A DNA stretch of 62,837 bases, counting the filler, from Choristocarpus tenellus KU-1152 (Eukaryota > Protista > Phaeophyceae), in NCBI GenBank assembly GCA_964200185.2. It is 14 parts of 14 records of this genome, joined end to end, with 100 filler letters (N's around TTAATTAATTAA, not from the genome) between each part and the next. Parts side by side here need not be neighbours in the genome. Positions count along the whole stretch, not along the records: positions 25,020 to 29,278 come from CAXNAD020015438.1; positions 29,379 to 35,545 come from CAXNAD020008781.1; positions 35,646 to 39,682 come from CAXNAD020016548.1; 11 more parts are not named here. One strand, written 5' to 3'. Below the pieces are notes generated by a model that made no database searches, was not told where the DNA came from, and was given only the letters and a program-made list of their open reading frames with translations. The translations under genes and the position numbers were made by a program. Below are positions 25,070 to 38,357 of this stretch, piece after piece (the first letter of the stretch is position 1; every line of letters starts with the position of its first letter).

Positions 25070-27044
25070 ATAGATGTGGTTCCCACAAAGTTCGGTCATT
25101 GAACTCACAGAATTACTGGAGAAATGGTCATTCTTGCCTTGAATTTGTGTATAACGCTTTCAACAAGTCAAGATCAGGTGACTCTATGCGCACCTTGGAG
25201 CTTTAGGTGGTGGCGCACAACGCCTCTTTGTTGATTGTGGACTCATTCTCATGATCACGGTGTCCACCTCCATCCATTGCCTATCCATTGATAAATCAAT
25301 TTTCAAACACAGTCCAAACTTTCTTAAGTATTAGTGTTCTCGTTGGCCAGCCCTTTGCCCATGCTCCCAACAGTCTTTAGATCACCAGCCATACATAGTC
25401 TGCCATATTCTTAATTTATTATCTTTAGGCCCAACGTGTTTCCAGAAGTCAAGGAAACGTTTCGAAAGGAAAAAGTTGTATTGCCCCATTCACGGTAGTT
25501 AGTTGCCGAGTTAGAATCGTGATTGAAGATATTGTTTTGTTTCTTCTTGGTTGGAACAGGTTGTACTGTAACTAGTAACAGTTAGGTTGTGTATATTTTG
25601 ATTTAGGCATATTTCTGTAGTGGTGCAGAGTGTGTAGAAGAACAAGAAGAGTCTGCCCTTGTACTTCAACATGGCCCATGATACCATCTACCGCGAGGTG
25701 ATGAGCTATCTTGACTATATGTTGCCTACTCGTCAACCAGCAGAGGTTAGAAAATAAGCACTGCATTTACTCTGATATTCAAATTATTTTGTAACTCTTC
25801 TTCAGAAGCGAGAAATGTGATGATGGTAGTAGATAGATTCGGAAAAACACTAGCACAGTCAGTTGTAAGCTTGGTTGTTCTTCTTTCCTCTAATAGGACT
25901 TGTTGCGATTGACCATTTCCCAGAGAGAGATGACTCCAAATAACATCCTGATCTGAAATTGACGACGCAATCAACGATATACAAATATTTAAAGGAAATA
26001 CACACAGGATGTAATGATACTGTCACTCACACCTCATATACATGCATACAGTATATAGTATGTATTGTGTACTTGCCTGGATGTTTGTGTATCGAATCAC
26101 TTACTACGACATCAAAATTCTGATTCGAAGTATGTGTGCTTTGAGGTATACTCTATGATACAACATTTCTCGAGGCTACGCTATGTCGTGGTAGGTTAAA
26201 AATAAGTTTTCGATGTAACCATGCATGGTTGAAACCACTCATCAGACAGCTCTACCGCACCACACCCCACAGCCAAGCATATATATGTAATAAAAATTGG
26301 TTGAAGTCTCGACATTTTATGCCACTCACGCTGCTGCTACACTCCACACAACAATCTATGCATTTGTTGCATTTCTTTCACTCACTCTCCAAACTACCAT
26401 TTGCTCATTTTTTAGCAGTACCCACCCGTAATACCCAACACAATTGAATTTCATTTCCTACTACAACACACTCCGTCGCACACCCTGCTGCAATCACTGC
26501 ACGCCTTGCATGTTACATACTGGTGGTATACTCGAGAAATACCTATCTTCGTGCTTATGATCGTCTCTTTCCATCGGTCTGGACCTGGCAAAAAGCCGTT
26601 CCGCCCTGAAACCTCTCTCGTTTCAAACGCAACATACTGATGAAATCAAAATAATAGGACAACACAAACTAGAATGCCTGAGAGAAAGGTATAATGTCTC
26701 CCTGCATGAAGGGGGGAACAACAGCATGTTATATAACATAAAATATGTAGTACGTTACGTGTAATGTATTACGTGTCGCACCCAATTTCAGCAGCAAAGA
26801 CTGGCTATAATAAAATACAATAACAACGGCATATTGGTGTGGGGGAGATGGAGTCACGAGCAGCGGGGTGATTGAACCCAACATGCAAGAAACAGGGTAT
26901 CAACGGAGGCATTGCAGTTAGTTGTGTAAGTGCAACAAACAGAGGGTTAGTTTTTGAGTAGGTAGAGAGAGATTGAGTAGTTTGTGTGAGAGAAAAAGCA
27001 ATAGACGAGCGTGTGGTAGTATCTCTGAGGTCTCCACTGGTTGA

Positions 27045-27231
27045 GGCTCAAAGTATCTAGGGGGGGGGGAGTGACGCCTCTCCATTTGAGGTCATTTTTT
27101 TCATGTCACGATTTTTGGGTGATTTGGTTGCATACGTCGGATGGATGATATAAGTGCACTTTTCCTGGTTTTGGTCCAAATGGACACCCTGGTGTACCCC
27201 CCCCTCCCCCCCCTCCCAGATACTTTGGGTC
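27045..27231 (+). mobile_element. MITE family B, full copy
   Basis: 187 bp; GGCTCAAAGTATCT + G-run ... C-run + AGATACTTTGGGTC; inverted subterminal TCCATTTG / CCAAATGGAC. Confidence 0.92.
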
Positions 27232-29378
27232 TAAGTAAAGAATAACAGCGATAAATTACTCAAAGCAAAACACACCTGTTCATTTTTGGTGTGTAGTGTT
27301 TGTATTGTTCACTCTATTATACATTTTGTTCTTGTTCCCTATATCACAAACTTATCATCTACCTGCGAGAAATGACAGTAAGTATAGTGATATATATACA
27401 CTACATGTTCTTCTGTAGTAGTTGTACTATTAACAAGAAAATAAGAGGAAGAAATTGCAATTATTTTCTATTAATGGTACACTTATCTATCTCTAAGACA
27501 TTCCACTCCTCCTCCTCCTGCTTACAAAAAAAATGTGTGTTGCTTGTAGAGTTCTACTACTATTATATTATTATGCCCAAACATTTCTCCCACCGTTTGA
27601 AATGTAAACAAAATTATAAATATATATGTAGAGAGAGATGACGTACCCACTTCCATCCAATAGACCCATGTGAGCCAATTATATCTCTATAGTGGTACCA
27701 GTACCTAATGTCCCTGGGGTTGTTGGCCTATCATGACTTTTTGAGGCAGAGACTTCGGAATAAAAAGAGAAATAGATATTCTTGATGACCATCAAAAGGC
27801 CTTCCAGAGTAGGGGCTTCTTTTACATTGTATTGTATAATGAAAGAGTGGTAGCATTGGCCTTCGAACCCTGGATGGCAGATCCCCGATAAAGGCAACGA
27901 TGTACTTGTACTTGATTGAAATACACCAACTCTACCGTGCCCTTGAGAATGTTTTTGTGGCTATATATTACTAGATTTTACTATTGTAACTGGACAGCTC
28001 TGCTACGTGTGACGTGCACAGTGTGTGGGACGTCGAATGAAGGACAGAACCGTGTTTTGACAAGCTGCAACGAAGAGCAAAGGGTGCGTCCACGATACAA
28101 GCGCGTGGTGAGATGGACAAGTTTAATTTGTTTTCGTGGCAGGCCCAAAACTCCTCTCAACGTGTGTTGCGCATGCTGAAGATGACAGTTCGAAGAACAT
28201 AACAGCAACTTGGTTGGGCGGGAAAAACACCAGCCAAACGAATGACCCAGGGAATGAATGCTAAATGTAAATTTAACTCTTGTCTCCATCTGCCACCTTC
28301 TTTCTCGTTTCCTTGAGCCACTCTGGCTCTCGCATAGCTTCCAGACAGTCAGGGCCTCCTGCAACTGTTGACTACTAAGATATCTATACCCGGGTTTTTC
28401 GCTTAGGCATTTCCTGAGCGCAATAGCACACAGTCGCAATGCCCTCTTCCCCAACCTTCACTTCGGTCGGCCATCCTGGTTCTCCCTTCACCCGCCGTGA
28501 CCAGGCTTCCCCATAGACTTCGTCCCTGTACCACCTGGTGTGGACTCGCCGATCTCTTCCTGCTTTCCTGAGGCCGCAGAGACTGCAGAGCAATGCTCCG
28601 CAGCGTTTGAAGATCCAATCACGTTTGTGTGGTGATGCATTCCATGCATATTATCTCAGCGTCAGTGTCGCGGCCACATGGTCCAATGCGCAATTTGATC
28701 ATGCTGCTACGCCACAGTACACGCACTTTCTCGTCACCTAGCATCGCGCTGAGTGTCACACACGGTGCTTGTTTTTCTGACACCTCTCGACAGAGAAGGT
28801 GCCAAGGGTAGATCCAGGGGGAAGAGGGACCACGGCGGCTCTCCTTGCCTCACTGTCGCAGTTCATGTTGCTGTGTGGGTCACCCGTGTGTGTGCTCAAA
28901 GTCAGTCTGCAAATGGCGCTAAAAAGTTGTCTCCAAATCTTGCTTTTTTTTCGGTATTGCCACACACGCCATACTTGGTCCACACCCTAACCCCATCATT
29001 TTTTTGCGGGGAGTTCAGCCAACGACTTCATTTTGTACCTTTTTGAAGTTCTAACGGTCAAAGTTGCGCCAGAAGTGTTCCTCCGCGTTTTGTTCATTAT
29101 TTGATCGAGGTATGCTTCCCGTTTACCGAAGTTTGTACATTCATCCATACAAACTTTCAAAATCTCTTCTCATAAACTTTCAATTTGATATATATGTTTA
29201 CTTATATTATGCCCTCTGTGAATCGTGTGATTCTGTGGCGGCGTGGTTCACTCAGGTAAGGGTGGCGAAGAGAATCACNNNNNNNNNNNNNNNNNNNNNN
29301 NNNNNNNNNNNNNNNNNNNNNNTTAATTAATTAANNNNNNNNNNNNNNNNNNNNNNNNNNNNNNNNNNNNNNNNNNNN

Positions 29379-29446
29379 TCAGAATCGCCACATTGGATTT
29401 TGGCCACCAAATGGACGCGGCTCTACCCTCTAAGATACTTTGGCTC
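29379..29446 (+). mobile_element. MITE family A, right end (contig edge)
   Basis: CCAAATGGACGCGGCTCTACCCTCTAAGATACTTTGGCTC. Confidence 0.9.
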
Positions 29447-29501
29447 TCAGTAACTACGGAAGTGGCAATGTCTAGACGTGTCATGCGTTTTAACCTGGAG
29501 T

Positions 29502-29949
29502 TGTTACAGGCGAATAGCGCAAGTATTTCTTCCCGCGCGTTAACCAGCGCAAGCAGTATACGCACGTGGGGAACCCCAAAAAAGGGGAACTCCGATTCGC
29601 CTAAAAGTTGCAGAATAAACTATAACTCGGGTAGTTGCAGAGGGTAACGGATGGATGGTCGGGAAGGGTTCTCAGATATATGCCAGTATTTGTAAACCAA
29701 AATAAACCCCAAACGTTAAATGATGATTAGAGTTCCTAAAAACGGCTCAAAGCGGCTCAGTTCTCCTTACCTAAAAAGATCCACATAGATCACTCTCTAT
29801 CTGATACCAAAATTTATACATATTTCTTATACTGATTGATTCATTTGAGAGTACCCCTGTTCTGCTGAGCTGACATTCGATAATCTGTGAATTGGACTTG
29901 ACTTGTACATCCTGTCTGTGGAGGTGAGCTTCGAGGGGCGCCTGTAACA
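29502..29949. mobile_element. Solo LTR with 4-bp TSD
   Basis: TGTTACAGGCG...CGCCTGTAACA (perfect 11-bp inverted ends, TG..CA) flanked by GAGT on both sides; an empty-site paralogue lies at 7652-7695. Confidence 0.88.
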
Positions 29950-31310
29950 GAGTCACCACGGAGATAGATGGGCACGGAGGGGTTTATTGGATTCTTGGGA
30001 TGCCTCCCTAGCTCGTACAGATATAGGTAGATTGGAGACAATTTTTGACATTTACGACATCATATTTCTTTAGGGCTTATACTGAGATGTGTGTAGTTTT
30101 CATTCTTTTCTTTCAGACTCGTCTACAAAATGTCAGAGGGCATAACAATAAAAATATTGGGCGCCTAGTGGGTAATTATTATTAGATTTATGTTCTACCT
30201 AACTCAACTACTAGTTTTTGGTGACGAGCCTTTACAGCGCCAAGCTTCTCAACACGCTTAAGCGCCTAATCCAAACTCTAGCTAGTGGGGAGGCGCAGCC
30301 GGACTGGTTTGGTTTTGAGGGTATCACATCACTCATGGCTTCTGATGGGTTGGTATCACATCACTCAAACTCAATGGGAATACTAGATTAACCAGATGAA
30401 CCAGCTAGGGTGTAAAGGAAGTACAAGACCATGTTAGCTGCTTTGACTAATAATGGCAAGTTGAGATCGAATGCTTTCGAAACATGGTGTTTTGAATTGG
30501 AGGCTTCCAATTAATGTGACGAAAGACTCGACGTACATGTTTGACTTCACCACATGTCCACAAGGCACAACATGACCGTGGCTGACAGCGCATCTCTACC
30601 CATTGTGGGGTATGGCAGATTGATTGGAATTTCAATGTTGGCTGTGATGAGTGAGTGCATGTTACTTTGGCGTCTGTCGCATTTGTCCCGAAAAATAGCT
30701 TTCAATCTTCTCTCTCCCTACTCCGTTTGAAGATGAGGATGAGATAGTTTCGGTGTTTTATTTGTTGTTTTCTGCGTATTTCCCTTCGCCTCCCCGAGGA
30801 CTATAAGGCACGTCATATCTACTCTCATTCCAAGAGCTGGGGGGTGTTGAGTATAGTACCTCCTGGACTGATCGAGAGTACAAGGGGAATATGAAATAGA
30901 CGTTTACTGTTTTGGATGGAGATCTAGATTGGTGAGAGTTCAGAAAGTGGAGACTGGACGCTGAGGTCATCATTCTGCAGCACTTCACCTGGTGGATGTG
31001 CAAACTTCTGTGATTTTTCTGCTGTTTTTCTTGCAAGAGTTTAATTGATTGATATGTTTTGTCTGTTTTCCATTGAGACTCCCCTTGTGATTTGTGTGAG
31101 TGATGAGTCCATTTAGAGTGTTAGCGGATGATATCCCTCTCAAATCCAAGACTGTAAGAACAGCACATAGTTCTCCTGAATGTGATTTGCAGGATCGAAC
31201 TTGAACAGAAGAGATGCCTGATTTGTTGTTTGAGTGACAGTTGGGTGGAGGCTTTGTCACTCCCTGGACATTGGGCAATTTCACCTAAATAGATTCACTA
31301 GCACAAGTTA

Positions 31311-32993
31311 GATGAGTTTGGTAAGGTAGTAAGATACAAGGCATGTCTAGTAGCAACAAGGTTTTCATGAGATAACGTAGGAGTTAGATTTTCTGTGATA
31401 CTTTTGCCCTGACGACATGGCCTTTACGTTCAAGAGTGTTTTTTGGCATTAACTACAGACACGGAATTGCAGGATTGGGATATGAAGCAGAATTTTTATT
31501 TAGAGCAGAATCCCCCCCAAAATAAGTATTTGTTTGTTTTTGTGATAAATGTTGTTCATGGCTAGGGAAGATTGTGCGTTTAGTGAAAGCTTGTTATGGT
31601 ACCAAACAGACTAGCAGGGAGCGTAACAATCTGTTCGTGCACGTTTTTGAGTAATGTACAGCAGATTCCTATGTGTTACACAATGTAAGAGATGGCATTG
31701 TTTGTGTTGTGATAACCCCTCATGTTGATGATTTTTTGGTAGCTGGTAAAAATGATAGAGTGAAAGTATCTTAGAGGGTATGATTTTTGCCCTTTTTGTC
31801 CATTTGGGGCTTGACTTCCCCTGGTGTTTTCATGATATTTTACCTACTCCGAAATATTTTGGAGTAGGTAAAATGTGTATGTTATGAAAAGGTGTGTCCA
31901 GAACATGGGTATTGACACTTCCTAACAAACACAACAGTCAAAATTATGTCAAAATCGCAATATCAGATTTGATCCCCAAATGGACACGGCTCTACCCTCT
32001 AAGATACTTTGGCTCATATTTTGATGTGGGCAGCTGTTATAACTAGGCTTGACATTGCAAATGCAGTTCGTGAAGTTGCCAAGTACAGTAGTAATCCCAA
32101 AGTCACACATTGGCGTGCAGTGAAGTGTATTTTAGCATATTTGAATACGTGTCCCAGTGTTGGATTGAGTTTTGGTGGTTTTGATGCTGAATGTGAATTG
32201 AATGCATATGCTGGCGCTAGTTAAGCTGGAGACTGGAATGATCGTATATCAGTGACTGGAGGAGCAATGATGTTTGCAGGGGGGGCAATATCTTGGATGT
32301 CAAAGAGGTACAAAGAGGTACAAATAGTTGTAGCTCTGTCTTCCACGGAGAGTGAGTACATAGCTCTTAGCAGTGTGGCACAGGAATTACTTTTCTTGAT
32401 AAGCGTTTTTGAGTTTATTCAGCCACAGTTTTCTAGACGTTGCATTAACATATTTGAGGATAACGATGGTGCATACAAACTAGTATGAAATACCAGAAGC
32501 TCTACTAGAACAAAGCACATTGATGTCCGACATCATTTTCTGAGGGAACTTAGCTTGAAAAGGAGAGATTTGTGTTGTTTTTGTTGGTACTGGAAATCAG
32601 AGGGTAGATGTGTTGACCAAGAATTTGTCAGTAAGATATTATAGGTAACACGTGAAGTTTTTGATGGGCACCTAGACAAGTGACATGTGTATAGTATTTT
32701 TTGTTGGTGGTGTGATTGTTTGAGAGTTAATACTTGTTTTCAGCAAGGGGAGGATGTTGAATAACATAGTGTTATCCTTCTGTTGTCTGTTCTGATACAA
32801 GTATATAACATAGGTTTCATGTACGCTTATCTCTAATTCGGTACAATACAAAGTAGTAACGTACATAGCGGTATGGTGGACCAATAAAAATTAATAACAG
32901 AGCAATGTATGTCCATCACCTATCACCAAGAGCTGCTTACCATAGGGGTGGAAATTTGAAAGTATTTCTATTTGATGCTTCACCTGTTCAACA
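31311..32993 (+). mobile_element. Ty1/copia retrotransposon 3' half (RT, RNase H, PPT, 3' LTR), degenerate
   Basis: VVRYKACLVA, CYGTKQ, HVDDFLVAG, TRLDIANAV, ISWMSK..VALSSTESEY, FEDN, RTKHIDVRHHF; PPT AAGGGGAGGA at 32745; LTR TGTTGAA..TTCAACA at 32755-32993. Confidence 0.93.
31758..32015 (+). mobile_element. MITE family A, full copy
   Basis: 258 bp; TIR GAGTGAAAGTATCTTAGAGGGTA / TACCCTCTAAGATACTTTGGCTC; sits inside the copia RT. Confidence 0.95.
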
Positions 32994-35486
32994 ATGCTTC
33001 ACCACCCCACTCGAATTATGTTGTAGTTAAAAGTCTTCCCAGTCAACCTCTCACGTGGAGTCTCTCCCAGCATCACCACCAGGAATAGAGGAGAGTAATC
33101 TGACAACATATGAAGGAAGTAAGTTTTTTTGAGGTGAGGAATTTTCCCAAAGGTGTTTCGATCATGTGTGGAGAAATGTCGTGGTCAACTCTGAGAGCTT
33201 AAGCATAACGTGTGGTGTCTCCCCTGACCCCCATCAGGTCTTGTAGATAGTTGCCTGGCGTGAATCCTGCATGTCAGCTTGCCCTCAATATGTATTTTTT
33301 TGTTTTGATTGTCAATTTGTTTGCGAAAATCCAATCCATTTTAGCTATACAGCAGGCGTGGATGCTACTGTGTAAGGTGAAGGTAAACCTCTGGATGAAT
33401 GTCATCGATTTCATCTCCTTGTTTTATTTTCTTGTACTGGCAATATCAGAACAAGCCTACAAGTGTGGTGGGATTGTTAACCGAAAACTTACCAAGCAAG
33501 ATTATGGCCATGTGTGATAATAATGGAGAACTGTTCGCACCATTATTAGAGGATTGAGTGTGCCCGGTGGTGATGGTGATGGTAATCATTATATTCCTCG
33601 TGTATAATGAGCTCAGTGGGACCTTTCGGTGACAATCCACCAAGCGTACGCAGGTCCATTGTGACGTCAATCGAAACGGCAAACAGTTTACTCTTTTAGT
33701 TCCTACCGAATCCCTAATAACCTCAGAACTGTCTGTCCAGCATTCGTTCAATATGTGAATAAGCAGACTTGTTACACACGGGAAGAATAATTTTTTGACT
33801 TAGTTTTTGTTCCACTCATTACTTTTCCCTGGTGGCTTGTGAGATCGCCTCTAAGCTGTGCAGAATCTGGGATGTGCTCAGCAACCCTGCGTGAATGTCG
33901 GTTGCTAAAGTTGACTATTGCAGTTAATTGGACGCTAATAGCACGAATTGTTCGATTGGTAGACATAACCAGTGTTCTGCATGATATTTGAACGCTTTCT
34001 TGTTCAAGTAATATACATATATGTATGTATTTGAAATCTGAAATTTTAGCAAATTTGATTGTTGATGATACCTACAGGCTTATTTTTTTAATGTCAACGT
34101 ATGGATGAATTTCTTTAACTCACCTTTTCATAGACAAACATATATGCACACAAGATGGACACACTTCGGGTTTTTTTCCTGGGCGTGGTGACCTCTGCCC
34201 CAGAGCCGAACCTGTGCTTTCACTTCCCTCCTTGGTATTATTGCCATATGTTACCACCTACCAACTATCATCTACCATCTAAATCTGCAATATTTTGAAA
34301 ACCAATCATAAGCTACGGATATGTATTGTAAGGTATTAATAAATTCTCCACTTGTAAAGGACTACGGACTGGCAGTATGAGGGAAGCTTAGAGAGTCTTT
34401 GGTTCTTGGTTCAAATTGTAGTGTGGTTCTGATGATAACAATGTGTGCGGGTGATCATAATCACATCGTCGATTTTGCATTTTGCTACTTGTTCACAGGG
34501 GGAGGAAGAAGGGGTGGAGGCAGGCGGAGAAGTTTTTACTTGGTGTTTACTGATTGGAGAAATTGTCTAAATAGGCAAATAAAAATAAAATGGGTTTGGG
34601 TTAGTGACCAGCCAATACAGAATTATGAATGTGGCATGGACAAATTCAGAGAGGAAAGAAGACTCATGATGAAAATAATAAATGAAACCCTTGTCAACCA
34701 AAAAAACACGTAGTGGCAAGAAAGGAATGAGAGGATTTATTGATTTTTTTTACTTACATGCAATTATATCAGGTAACGGTAACTTTAACTCTTGACTGCA
34801 CACTAGCAATGTTTTACCTTGTCTGATGTCCTTGACCTCTACATAGATAATGGAAAATATTGATATCGGAATATTCTTCCTGGCTGGAGATAGCACTCTC
34901 CAACAGAGTGTTGTTGCCCATACTCGCAGGCAAGTTGTCACACATAAACAGGTATGTCGTCATGACACCCTTGAACGGGGACAAGTTCAGGTCAGGTCGA
35001 TTGATTACCCCTTCCTTGAGTAATCTGCTCAATTTATATATATTTTTGGACAAAAAAAGTCCACTCGAACTACCCCTTCCTCCCCTTGTAACCGCCGTAC
35101 TTCAACTGCAGGAATCGCAATACCGCATCTGTGTCATGATTGCGCATTTTGCTCGGATGCGTCTCCTCTGCCTTCATTATCGTCTTCTAGCATGTCCCAA
35201 ACCCCATCGTGACCGCTTGCAATGACTTGTGGCAGAAAAATTGTGGACTAGTACCACAGTGAGCTGAGTCTAGCTATCGGCAATGAAGCGCATAGTTCTC
35301 TTCCCCTTGTAGTGCTTGCCACTGCCACCACTTCCAGACGTTCACCCGAACCAAACTCAGTTTACCCCCCCCCTTCTTTTCCCGCTGGATAATCGTTCCT
35401 TTCTTTTTATCATCCCTTCCCATTAGTCGTGCTTAAGAAATTTTCCCTTGAACGTGTGTGTATATGGAAGCCCTCGTTAGATGAGA

Positions 35487-35545
35487 GAGTGAAAGTATCT
35501 TAGGGGGTACGAATTTTGCCCTGTTTGTCCATTTGGGGCTTGGCT
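35487..35545 (+). mobile_element. MITE family A, left end (contig edge)
   Basis: GAGTGAAAGTATCTTAGGGGGTAC..GTCCATTTGGGG. Confidence 0.9.
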
Positions 35546-37050
35546 NNNNNNNNNNNNNNNNNNNNNNNNNNNNNNNNNNNNNNNNNNNNTTAATTAATTA
35601 ANNNNNNNNNNNNNNNNNNNNNNNNNNNNNNNNNNNNNNNNNNNNGGGTGGGGGTGGAGACAGAGGGGGTTTGGTGGGGGAGGGTGGGGAGGAAGAGGAC
35701 TGACCAATATCGGAGAGAGCGTCAAGTTCGGCCTCGCTAGGGGCCCTCACCTGGGAGGGGGTAAGGGAGTGGGGAATTGAGATAGTAAGTACGAGGGAGG
35801 GCAGAGGGGAGGGGATTGTTCATTGACAAGGAAGGGGCCAGGGGGCACAGGGGCTGAGGGGCTGGGGAGAGGATTGTACAGACAGTATGTCACAAGATTG
35901 TACATACTTTGGTGTGAGAGATGCTTAGGCATTGTTAAGGGTGTTATCTTATCCTCAGCAAAAGGGAGGGAAACTTGGAGTGATGGATATGCTCGAGGCG
36001 TATTGCTGGGTCCAGGATACTACACCCCTGCACTGTAGTCAGACGTTCTCGCATGAGACAATACACACATCTAACACTTCACCAAACACCCGCCGCACGT
36101 GGAATTGCGATGTGCATTAGAGCCGGTATCAATCAGTGTATCCATAGAAAAGGTACACCCACAGAAGAGGTACTACAATGCAATGCGGAACACGCTTCAT
36201 TGAACGTAAGAGTGGAAAGAGTGGAAAGAGCAATAGCTGACTCGCTACAAATACCAGAGTACCATCGGTGAAAGCCTAACGAGATAGATAGGCAGTGTGT
36301 TGAGGACATGATTATGAACACTCTGAGCGGAAAAAAAACAAAAACATCCGGCCGACTGATGGGAATTTAAAGATACACAAAGAAAAAAAAAAAGACTTGA
36401 GCAAAACTAGATAGATATTGACACGGGCCGAAGGGGTTTAGAGGGGTTTAGAGGGGTTAGGGTTAGGGTTAAGAGAGAGTGTGACGGGAATGCCCTTGAT
36501 GTGGATTGTTTGGTCACTTTGTTTTCCCAAAGATCTGATCGATTGGTGGCAAGGGTGGTCTCATAGATGTGTTAGGGTTAGGAATAAGTCCTTCCCAGAC
36601 AGCACTCCAAACAACAGAAGTAATCAACGCCATTATTAATAAAAACACCTCTGGTACAAACATGACTTATTTTTTTTACAAATGACAGGTAAGGTCTTAT
36701 CCAGATTATTTTTCAAGGCAATAACAACAAAAGAGAGTTTTTACATTTTTAAATTAAGAACAGCCCTTACTGATTCCATCACTAACACACACAAACGCCA
36801 TCCACAGACACACAGACACAGAGGTACACAGATCTTTAAAAAAAATGGAAAAATCTGGAACAGAAAAAAGAGGGCATGAATGCACAATTAAAAAGATACA
36901 AGAAACACATACACATACACATACACATACACATACAAAAAAGATTATTCATCTCTACGACGGGCCATTTCGTCTGGTCCTGATACATAGATTGAAATAG
37001 AGCGCAAAACACCCCTCCAAAGGGTGTATTCTGGCATAGACTAGACACCA

Positions 37051-37155
37051 TCATGCCTTCCACATCCTCACCGTCCTCGACGCCCACGGAAGGAGTCCCA
37101 TCTCCTTGGTCAGGCGTTCCACTAGATCATCGGCGACATCTCGCTCCCTGTTTGC
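37051..37155 (-). CDS. Probable downstream exon of the same gene
   Basis: GC-rich island in AT-rich intron sequence; CAG|ANRERDVADDLVERLTKEMGLLPWASRTVRMWKA*. Acceptor choice (37155 vs 37147) and an internal GTGAGG donor are uncertain. Confidence 0.5.
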   Translation of the reverse strand, partial: ANRERDVADDLVERLTKEMGLLPWASRTVRMWKA

Positions 37156-38067
37156 CTGCCATTTTTTTTCCGCATCCATTTTCATCAATAACAAAAGAAA
37201 TAAAATGAAGTCCCAACATAAAGGAGCAAAAAAGAGTTTATTTATGAAATGTATATAGTGGATTGATAGATTGGATTAGATTAGATAGATTGGATAAGAT
37301 TAGATTAGATTAGATTGGATTGGATTATAGATTGGATTAAAAACTGAACAAATTAGACTACAAATTAGACTCAAACCAGTTAGATTTGTCTCCAGCTACT
37401 AAACTCAAGACTTACAGCACAGTAGGGGTAAGACCAGAAAAAACGACAGCTCACAGATATAAGGCATGTATGTACATACAGGACTTTTCTCAAAGGGGTT
37501 TTCATTTTCATGAGAGTTGCGGACAAGAAAAAGAAAAAGAAAGTATCTGACAGAAATCAATAGTACAAACATGAGAAACAATCAAAGCCAATATCCACAT
37601 ATTCTACTCCTACAACAAAGTAGGTCACCCATTCCAATAAGACATTCATCAAAACATGCATATATATATATATATATATATATCCTTCTGATTTCTACTA
37701 AGCCCTTCCTAACCCTAACTCTAACCGACAATATCGACTCTAAAAATGTGTCCGGGGGTGATGTTACAGAAAGCACATGAAAAAGCTTGAAAATGTAAAA
37801 GAAGGGGATTCAAACCAATCAACCAGCCAAGATGTCCCTAAAAAAAATATCACCTCAACTGTACTATGTGCAACCACATAGGCAAACTAAGGTACCCTTA
37901 CACACACAATGCATAAGTACATACAGAATACAGAATACATACCTATAAACATAATACATACATACACTACCAACATGCAAAGTGACCAGTAAAGAAAAAT
38001 GGGGGGTCTCCAATAACTTGATAGGCATTTACACACAGAATTCCATTTGATGATAAATCGTAGTACA

Positions 38068-38240
38068 GCTTCCAATACCTTGGAAGGCATTGACACACGG
38101 AACACTATTCAACAATGAATCTTACTTATGGAGCTTCGATTACCTTGGAAGGCATTGACACACAGAACACTATTCAACAATGAATCTTACTTATGGAGCT
38201 TCGATTACCTTGGAAGGCACTGACAAACAGAACACTATTT
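38068..38240. repeat. 65-bp tandem repeat x2.6
   Basis: GCTTCGATTACCTTGGAAGGCATTGACACAC.GAACACTATT at 38068, 38133 and 38198. Confidence 0.92.
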
Positions 38241-38295
38241 GATACATCAATTGTACTTAAGAGGAGAACTCAACATCAACAACTTGAGACCTCAC

Positions 38296-38357
38296 CTTGG
38301 TTTCAAGGTCAAGCCAGGGCAGCCCATTGGTGGTTACGCACTTCAAGCGCCCTTCAC
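38296..38357 (-). CDS. Probable coding exon, possibly the C-terminus of an NTP-transferase-like domain
   Basis: Strong pyrimidine tract + TAG|(G)EGRLKCVTTNGLPWLDLETK|GTGAG; loosely resembles the W-x-E/D-I-D-T motif of sugar/phosphocholine nucleotidyltransferases. Confidence 0.55.
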
